DNA of 51,638 nucleotides from Alphaproteobacteria bacterium (GTDB lineage Bacteria; Pseudomonadota; Alphaproteobacteria; JBFXJJ01): NCBI GenBank assembly GCA_050175015.1, contig JBFXJJ010000016.1, positions 1 to 51,638 of the forward strand, read 5' to 3'. Shown piece by piece: positions 45,129 to 51,638 of this stretch (position 1 is its first letter; each line of letters starts with the position of its first letter). The notes under the pieces were generated by a model. It saw only the letters and a program-made list of their open reading frames with translations, ran no database searches and was not told where the DNA came from. The position numbers and the translations under genes were made by a program.

Positions 45129-46477
45129 TGTTTTTTCCTAAAAGTTTTCGTAGCTGGATTTCGTTTTTTGTGTTGTTTATAATTATAACATCGCAAATCT
45201 TTGCTTTTTATGTGTATTCCAAAGAAAGACAAAATACCTTAGAGGTTATTGGCGGCGACGAAATAACAAGAATAGTTTCGACATCGGTTACGTTTTTAGA
45301 AAGAATTCCCTCAAAAGACCGCAAAGCTGTTTTGAATCGCATTAACTATCCTAATATGAGGGTTAGTGTTACCGAAGAATTCTTATCTGTTGATTCTTTT
45401 AAAAATTCGGTTACGGCTATTATAAAAAAATCAATATCAGATAAATTAGCAGGTAAAAAAGATGTTGTTGTCGAGTTGTTTTTGCCTAAAGATAAAAATG
45501 TTTATCATTATAAAACAGATAATTTAAGGGCCAAGATACTTCGGGTTTCGGTTAGATTGGACGACGAAGAATGGTTTAATCTTATGACGCCGTTTTCTAA
45601 TTATGATGTTAGCTTTTTGTCTTTTCCTTATGTTATATCCATTTTGCTTTTTTCTTTAATGTTGATATCAATATCAATCATTGGTGTGTTTTTAGCAACC
45701 AAGCCATTAAAGACGTTTTCTGAGGCGGCACAAAAGCTGGGACACGATATAAACGCTCCTCCCGTAGAGGAAAAAGGGCTTAAAGAAGTAAAAGAGCTTG
45801 CACACGCTTTTAATGAGATGCAAAAAAAACTCAGTGATTTAATCACAACTAGAACTAAGTTTTTAGGAGCGATTTCTCACGATTTGCGGACGCCGATAAC
45901 AAGGTTGAAAATTAGAGCCGAATTTATTGAAGATGAATTGCAAAAACAAAAAACTATCAAAGATTTAGATGAAATGGAAAAAATGATATCTTCAGCAATA
46001 ACGTTTGCCAAAATAGGCGTAGATAAAGAAGAAAAAACAAAAGTTAATATTTCTGATTTTATCTATGACATAGTTGAAGATTTGAAAGAAGCAGGTAAAA
46101 ATGTCATTTTTGCGAAAAAAGATAATTTTTTTGCCGAAATAAGACCGCTTGCAATGAAAAGAGCTGTTATTAACCTTATAGAGAATGCGGTAAGATATGG
46201 TAAAAAAGCAACAGTAGAACTGGTTCAAACAAATAAAAGTTTTACTTTAGATGTCATTGATGAAGGCACAGGAATTCCTGAAGAAGAAGTGACTAAAATT
46301 CTTCTTCCATTTTATCGTCTTGAAGATTCCCGCTCGCAAGATACGGGAGGGATAGGTCTTGGTTTATCTGTGGTTGCAAGCGTGGTTGATATTCATGGAG
46401 GAAGCTTAAAATTTATTAATATAAAAAATGGTAATGAAATAAAAGGTTTAAGAGTTTCAATGACGATACCTTGTTAA
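45125..46477 (+). CDS. EnvZ-like HAMP sensor histidine kinase
   Basis: Two TM helices, HAMP, SHDLRTP H-box, NLIENAVRY, DEGTGIP, GGIGLGL; ATGA overlap with the regulator. Confidence 0.96.
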   Translation: MMFFPKSFRSWISFFVLFIIITSQIFAFYVYSKERQNTLEVIGGDEITRIVSTSVTFLERIPSKDRKAVLNRINYPNMRVSVTEEFLSVDSFKNSVTAIIKKSISDKLAGKKDVVVELFLPKDKNVYHYKTDNLRAKILRVSVRLDDEEWFNLMTPFSNYDVSFLSFPYVISILLFSLMLISISIIGVFLATKPLKTFSEAAQKLGHDINAPPVEEKGLKEVKELAHAFNEMQKKLSDLITTRTKFLGAISHDLRTPITRLKIRAEFIEDELQKQKTIKDLDEMEKMISSAITFAKIGVDKEEKTKVNISDFIYDIVEDLKEAGKNVIFAKKDNFFAEIRPLAMKRAVINLIENAVRYGKKATVELVQTNKSFTLDVIDEGTGIPEEEVTKILLPFYRLEDSRSQDTGGIGLGLSVVASVVDIHGGSLKFINIKNGNEIKGLRVSMTIPC

Positions 46478-46653
46478 TATAAGCCTGACTTAATCATTAA
46501 TTAAAGAATTGTTATTAACAAAAATACAAAAAAAGCTTGCAGTTTCTCTCAAAAGGAATTAATATTGCCAAAATAGACGGAAACTTTTGCTATTTTTTGC
46601 GATAAAAGCTTTAGTTTTACTCTTTGTAATAAAGAATATGAGGAAATTTGGTA

Positions 46654-49545
46654 ATGAAAACAGAGAATGCTCCCCAGACTAAATATCTAAAAGATTATAA
46701 AAGACCAGAATATCAAGTTAGTAATGTTGATTTAGAGTTTGATCTAGATCCTGAAACCACAAAAGTAAAGTCAACTCTAAAGATTAAAAGTGAGTATGAC
46801 CGTACAGGCGGTGTAAAACCTATGCATCTTGATGGTGATGAACTTGATTTTGTATCTGTAGCAATTAACGGTAGAAAACTTAATCCCGAAGAATATTTGG
46901 TCGATGAAAAGGGTTTAACCATTTTAAATCCTCCAGCTGAGTTTACTATGACGGTTGAAAATAATATTCACCCAGTTAAAAATACTAAACTTGAAGGTCT
47001 TTATATGGCAGGTGATGTATTCTGCACTCAATGTGAGCCAGAAGGTTTTCGCCGCATTACTTATTATCCAGACCGTCCAGATGTTTTGGCAAAATTCACG
47101 ACTCTGGTAAAAGGCGATAAAGATAAACTTCCAGTTTTAATGTCTAATGGTAATCCTGTAGAAAAAGGTGAACTCCCAGATGGTCGCCATTTTGCAAAGG
47201 TTGAAGATCCATTTCCAAAGCCATCTTACTTGTTTGCTCTTGTAGCTGGTGATTTAGATTCTGTTAAAGATACTTTTGTTACGAGATCAGGCAAAGAAGT
47301 TAAACTTGGTGTGTTTGTCGAAAAAGGCAAAGCTGACAAGGCAACATACGCATTAGATTCTTTAAAAAGAGTTCTGCAGCATGACGAATCAAAGTGGGGC
47401 TTAGAATATAAGCATGATGTTTTCAATGTTGTGGCTGTTTCTGCTTTTAACCAAGGTGCTATGGAAAATACCACCCTTAACATTTTTAATGATAAGTTGG
47501 TTTTAGCATCTCCTGATACTGCAACAGATGCAGATTATGGCAGAATTGAAGGTGTTATTGGTCACGAAGCACAGCACTATCACTCAGGAAACTTGGTAAC
47601 AGTTGAAAACTGGTTTAACTTAACCTTAAAAGAAGGTTTAACCGTGTTTAGAGACCATGAATTTTCTTCAGATATGCGCTCTAGACCTGTTCAAAGAATT
47701 CAAGATGTTAAAGATTTAAGAGCTGGACAGTTCCCTGAAGATGCTGGTCCTTTAGCTCACCCAATTAAACCTAAGTCTTATGTTGAAATGAACAACTTCT
47801 ATACTTCAACTATTTATGAAAAAGGTTGTGAAGTTATTCGTATGACCCAACAGCTTCTTGGTGAAGAAAATTTCAAAAAGGCTAAGTCTTTATATTTCCA
47901 AAGACATTATGGTCAGGCTGTTTCAACTGAAAATTGGCTCAAAGCTATGGAAGATGGCGGTAATATTGATTTAACCCAATTCCACCGCTGGTATGATCAG
48001 GCTGGTACCCCAAATGTTAGCGCTGAAGGCAAATATAATCCTGAGACTAAAACTTATGAACTTACATTAAAACAAAGTACAAAGCCAACTCCAGGACAAC
48101 CTACTAAAGAACCATTTATGATGCCGATTGAAGTTGGTTTGCTCGGTGCTGATGGTAAAGATATGGCTCTTAATCTTAAGGGACAAAAAGGTGAAGCTGA
48201 AACCTCAAAAGTTTTAGTTTTTAAAGATGGCGAGCAGAAATTTGTTTTTGAAAATGTTAATGAAGAACCTGTTCTTTCAATTAACAGAGGCTTTACATCA
48301 CCAATTAATTTAGATGTAAAATACTCTACTCAAGAAAAAGCTTTCTTAATGTCTCATGATTCTGACGCTTTTAACCGTTTTGAGATTGGTCAACAATATG
48401 CGGTTGATGTTATGAAGTCTATGATTAAAGAAATTCAAGCAGGTAAAGAACCAAAAGTTGATCCCGCATTTGTTGAAGCTTTTGGCAGTTACTTGAAAGA
48501 TCCTTCTTTAGAAAAAGCTTTTGTGGCTGAAGCAATGAGACTTCCTTCTGAAAACTATATGGCTCAGCAGTTAGACGTTGTTGACGTTGATGCAATCAGT
48601 AAGGCAAGAAGCGTATTAAATAAAGTTGTTGCGGAAACCTACAAAGAAGATTTTGCTAAACTTTATAAAGATAATCAAAGCGATAAGCCTTTCGAGCCAA
48701 CTGTAGAACAGGCTGGTGAAAGATCTGTTAAAAATTTAGCTCTTTCTTATCAAGCTAAACTTGAAACAGCTGAGACTAAAGCAACCGTTTTTGAAGCTTA
48801 TGCTGCTTCAAGCAATATGACAGATAGAATGGGTGCTCTTTCAACACTTGTTAATAGCGATAATCCTAAGAAACAAGATGCTTTAGACGATTTTTATGAT
48901 CGTTATAAAGAAGATCCGTTAGTTATTAATAAGTGGCTTACAGTTCAAGCTACGGCTGATTCTCCAGATGTTCTTAATAAAGTAAAAGAACTAACAGAAC
49001 ACGAAGCTTTTGATATTAAAAATCCAAATAAAGTTCGTTCTCTTGTTGGAGCATATACTAATAGCAATCCTAAATCTTTCCACGCTAAAGATGGTTCAGG
49101 CTACCAGTTCTTAGTTGATTTCGTTAAGAAATATGATGATGTTAACCCAATGACTGCGGCAAAATTAGTAAAACCTTTGGGCGATTGGAAGAAATTTGAT
49201 GAAGAACGTCAAGATCTTATGAAATCTGCTCTGAAAGACATTTTAGCAAAACCAAATCTTTCAAGAAACGTTTATGAAATTGCTTCTAAGTCTTTAGGAG
49301 AAGAAGACGAAAAAGATAAAGTTAAAAAAACTTTAGTTGAAAAAAAAGAAGTTCATAAAAAAGTAGCTTCTTTTGGTAAAGGACAAAATGTAACATCTTT
49401 TGTTTGCGGTTCTAAAGCCAGCGCTAAAACTAGAGTTCAAAACAATTTGTTAAAGGCTGTTAGATGTGAAGAAAGTAATGTAACTGTTGTACCGCCTTCA
49501 ATGCCAGCTTCTAATATCTTAAAATTAAAACAAAGAGATAGATAA
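46654..49545 (+). CDS. pepN: Aminopeptidase N (M1 family) with an 82-aa C-terminal extension
   Basis: TQCEPEGFRRIT, PFPKPSYLFALVAG, GAMEN, HEAQH...LKEG zinc motif, NFYT.TIYEKG, NPNKVRSL. Confidence 0.95.
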   Translation: MKTENAPQTKYLKDYKRPEYQVSNVDLEFDLDPETTKVKSTLKIKSEYDRTGGVKPMHLDGDELDFVSVAINGRKLNPEEYLVDEKGLTILNPPAEFTMTVENNIHPVKNTKLEGLYMAGDVFCTQCEPEGFRRITYYPDRPDVLAKFTTLVKGDKDKLPVLMSNGNPVEKGELPDGRHFAKVEDPFPKPSYLFALVAGDLDSVKDTFVTRSGKEVKLGVFVEKGKADKATYALDSLKRVLQHDESKWGLEYKHDVFNVVAVSAFNQGAMENTTLNIFNDKLVLASPDTATDADYGRIEGVIGHEAQHYHSGNLVTVENWFNLTLKEGLTVFRDHEFSSDMRSRPVQRIQDVKDLRAGQFPEDAGPLAHPIKPKSYVEMNNFYTSTIYEKGCEVIRMTQQLLGEENFKKAKSLYFQRHYGQAVSTENWLKAMEDGGNIDLTQFHRWYDQAGTPNVSAEGKYNPETKTYELTLKQSTKPTPGQPTKEPFMMPIEVGLLGADGKDMALNLKGQKGEAETSKVLVFKDGEQKFVFENVNEEPVLSINRGFTSPINLDVKYSTQEKAFLMSHDSDAFNRFEIGQQYAVDVMKSMIKEIQAGKEPKVDPAFVEAFGSYLKDPSLEKAFVAEAMRLPSENYMAQQLDVVDVDAISKARSVLNKVVAETYKEDFAKLYKDNQSDKPFEPTVEQAGERSVKNLALSYQAKLETAETKATVFEAYAASSNMTDRMGALSTLVNSDNPKKQDALDDFYDRYKEDPLVINKWLTVQATADSPDVLNKVKELTEHEAFDIKNPNKVRSLVGAYTNSNPKSFHAKDGSGYQFLVDFVKKYDDVNPMTAAKLVKPLGDWKKFDEERQDLMKSALKDILAKPNLSRNVYEIASKSLGEEDEKDKVKKTLVEKKEVHKKVASFGKGQNVTSFVCGSKASAKTRVQNNLLKAVRCEESNVTVVPPSMPASNILKLKQRDR

Positions 49546-49570
49546 AGCACTTTAGTTATCTATAAAACGT

Positions 49571-49611
49571 AAAAACCCTTGCTGTTTATTAATAAATGGC
49601 AAGGGTTTTTT
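49571..49611 (+). terminator. Terminator after pepN
   Basis: AAAAACCCTTGC...GCAAGGGTTTTTT. Confidence 0.85.
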
Positions 49612-49816
49612 ATATTTTGGCTAGTATAAATATCATATTCGTTTGTATTCATATAAAAGTTGGCAGCATTAGAGTCTTTTTATAAATAATTATAAAAAAT
49701 ATTAAGTTATTTTTAATATTAAATATTGTAATTTTAATGATAAACGTGTTATTATTCTAAAATGGTTTAGAAAACGAACCTTTTTAGAATTTACCCCATA
49801 GAAATGGAGAAGAAAA

Positions 49817-51638
49817 ATGTCAGGTGGAATTTCCCTAACAGCGAGTATGAGATCTAACCTTCAGAGTTTGCAATATACTCAGGAGTTATTTGATAATGTT
49901 CAAGAACGTTTATCAACAGGTAACAAGGTTAACTCAGCTCTTGACAATCCAAACAGTTACTTTACCGCAGCATCACTTAATAACAGAGCAAGCGATTTAG
50001 ACTCTCTTATGGACTCAATGGGTCAAGGCGTGCAAACCCTTAAGGCTGCTGACCAAGGTATTGAAACCTTAACGTCTTTAGTTGAACAAGCACAGTCTTT
50101 AACAACAACCGCTCTTGATGCATCGATTATTGATAGTGAAATAAGCGGTACTTTAAAGATTGAAGACTACACCAATTTAAGAGAAATTTCAGGAGTTAAA
50201 TGGAATGATGCTTTTGTAATTTCTTCTAAAGAAGATGGTCAAAATGTAAAAAGCAATATTAATAGAGCTGTTTCTAGAGATACCACTCTTTCATCTTTAG
50301 ATGAAACTTTTGGAACAAAAGATGCTGATTACCAATTTATGATTGTTACTAAGGGTGGAGACAATGGTGATAAAAGTGCCAATATTAGATTGTCATCAGA
50401 TGCAACGGTTGGCGACTTAATAGACTCAATTAATGCTAACACCTCAGTTGATTTAACAGCAAGCATTGATGATGATGGCAATCTTGTCATATCATCTAAT
50501 GATAATTCTATCGTAACAATTAGAGATGATGATTATAATGGTGAAGCTTTAGGTAATGTTGACTTGAGTGGTTCTGGCACCCTTTCAGAAATAACTGGAG
50601 GGCAAATAGCCGCAGGTACCGCATATACATTTTTTGTTAACCGCTCTTCTCCTTATGGTAATAATGACGGAGAGATTCAAACAAAAGAATTTGATGCTAC
50701 AGCTGGCGATTTACTTAATAGTTTAGAGGGAGCCTCAAGTGCTTTAGGTGCAAATGCAAAAATCACCTTTATGCTAAATGATACCGTGTATACTGCGGAT
50801 CTTATTGCAGATTCTAACGCAACTACAGCTGGTGAAATAACTTTAGAGAATGTTTTTTCAGCTTTTTCACAGATTGCAGCTTTGGCTACAGTCTATAGTG
50901 GGGATGCGACCAGTCCAAATTCTCTTAACTTTTGGGGGAACAGTGGAGAATCTATTGTCTTTACAGGCGGCGATACTAATGGTTTAAAAATCATTGATAC
51001 TTTAGGATTAATGGATAATACCGAAACAGTTACAGTCAGTGGAGGCGATAGTGTTGAAGATCTTGTTGATGCCTTTAGCAACTCAGCCATAGGTATTAAG
51101 GCAGAAATCACTCCTCAAGGCTATTTATCAGTTGTGATAGGTGAAGATGTTGCAGATGAAAGCGATCTTACTATAGTTAGTGATAATGCTAATGGAAAAA
51201 GTGCAATCACAACTTTGTTTGGTGATATCGCCGATGCTTCAAAAGGTATTTTTGCAACAGATGGAAAAAGTAAACTATCATCAGCTTTTGGTTATGATGA
51301 TTACAACCTAGAAATTGTAATGCCTAACACTGATCCAACAGCTGAAAAATTGGTTGATGCTATTAATGACGCAGCAACGGCAGCAAACCTCGACATTACC
51401 GCTTCAATCGTTGATAAAAAACTTGTTATTACCGATAACCTCGGTAACGATTTATCAATCTTTGACGTAAACGGCGGTGAAGCTGCAGAAATTTTCGGTA
51501 TTGCTCAAACAGATACCACAGGTACCAATGCTCGTGCTGAATATGCTCAGCAGTTTGATGACTTACGTACTCAAATGAACGAACTCGTTCAAGATACAGG
51601 TTACAAAGGTGTAAACCTTCTTAAAGGTGACGACTTAA
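49817..51638 (+). CDS. Large alphaproteobacterial-type flagellin, more than 607 aa, truncated by the window end and absent from the ORF track
   Basis: Starts MSGGISLTASMRSNLQSLQ...RLSTGNKVNSALDNPNSYFTAASLNNRASDL and ends RAEYAQQFDDLRTQMNELVQDTGYKGVNLLKGDDL in the same frame; GGAG RBS. Confidence 0.92.
   Translation, partial: MSGGISLTASMRSNLQSLQYTQELFDNVQERLSTGNKVNSALDNPNSYFTAASLNNRASDLDSLMDSMGQGVQTLKAADQGIETLTSLVEQAQSLTTTALDASIIDSEISGTLKIEDYTNLREISGVKWNDAFVISSKEDGQNVKSNINRAVSRDTTLSSLDETFGTKDADYQFMIVTKGGDNGDKSANIRLSSDATVGDLIDSINANTSVDLTASIDDDGNLVISSNDNSIVTIRDDDYNGEALGNVDLSGSGTLSEITGGQIAAGTAYTFFVNRSSPYGNNDGEIQTKEFDATAGDLLNSLEGASSALGANAKITFMLNDTVYTADLIADSNATTAGEITLENVFSAFSQIAALATVYSGDATSPNSLNFWGNSGESIVFTGGDTNGLKIIDTLGLMDNTETVTVSGGDSVEDLVDAFSNSAIGIKAEITPQGYLSVVIGEDVADESDLTIVSDNANGKSAITTLFGDIADASKGIFATDGKSKLSSAFGYDDYNLEIVMPNTDPTAEKLVDAINDAATAANLDITASIVDKKLVITDNLGNDLSIFDVNGGEAAEIFGIAQTDTTGTNARAEYAQQFDDLRTQMNELVQDTGYKGVNLLKGDDL

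Noticed and set aside
49702-49716. CtrA-like TTAA-N7-TTAA boxes upstream of the flagellin (49702-49716) and pepN (46490-46504)
   Set aside because: They fit the pattern and are plausible for a flagellin, but the motif is all A/T and expected by chance in such AT-rich intergenic DNA.
934-51111. Many short ORFs antisense to or nested in long genes (e.g. 934-1137, 2743-3078, 20702-20980, 37167-38205, 50893-51111)
   Set aside because: They are shadow frames of well-supported genes with no recognisable motifs.
51636-51638. TAA at the window end as the flagellin stop
   Set aside because: It is out of frame (the frame reads GAC TTA A..), so the gene continues beyond the window.

Overview
AT-rich chromosomal window from an alphaproteobacterium, inferred from pcm-tolC-popZ-valS synteny, split pntAA/pntAB/pntB, a zinc-free L36 and an alpha-type flagellin. 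Housekeeping genes (pyk, copA, pnt, fhs, glgP, valS) alternate with accessory blocks. (1) A complete type II-C CRISPR-Cas9 locus lies 42 nt behind tRNA-Arg(CCT) in the atypical order cas1-tracrRNA-cas9-cas2-array. It has 21 repeats and 20 spacers, a short tracrRNA, and a full -35/17 bp/extended -10 promoter inside each repeat. (2) A pentapeptide-repeat gene is coupled to an orphan VirD4/TraG coupling protein with a ~300-aa acidic tail. (3) Three tandem HAD paralogs and a PepN with an 82-aa extension all end in a basic amphipathic tail terminating in Arg, a candidate shared secretion signal and the best candidate for an undescribed system. (4) Two paralogous secreted CxxC(H) proteins with a duplicated GTAAC-N5-GTAAC promoter sit beside an OmpR/EnvZ-type two-component system. 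The ORF track missed rpmJ, two tRNAs, a nonsense-interrupted membrane gene and a flagellin that runs off the right edge. All calls come from reading the sequence; no searches were run.
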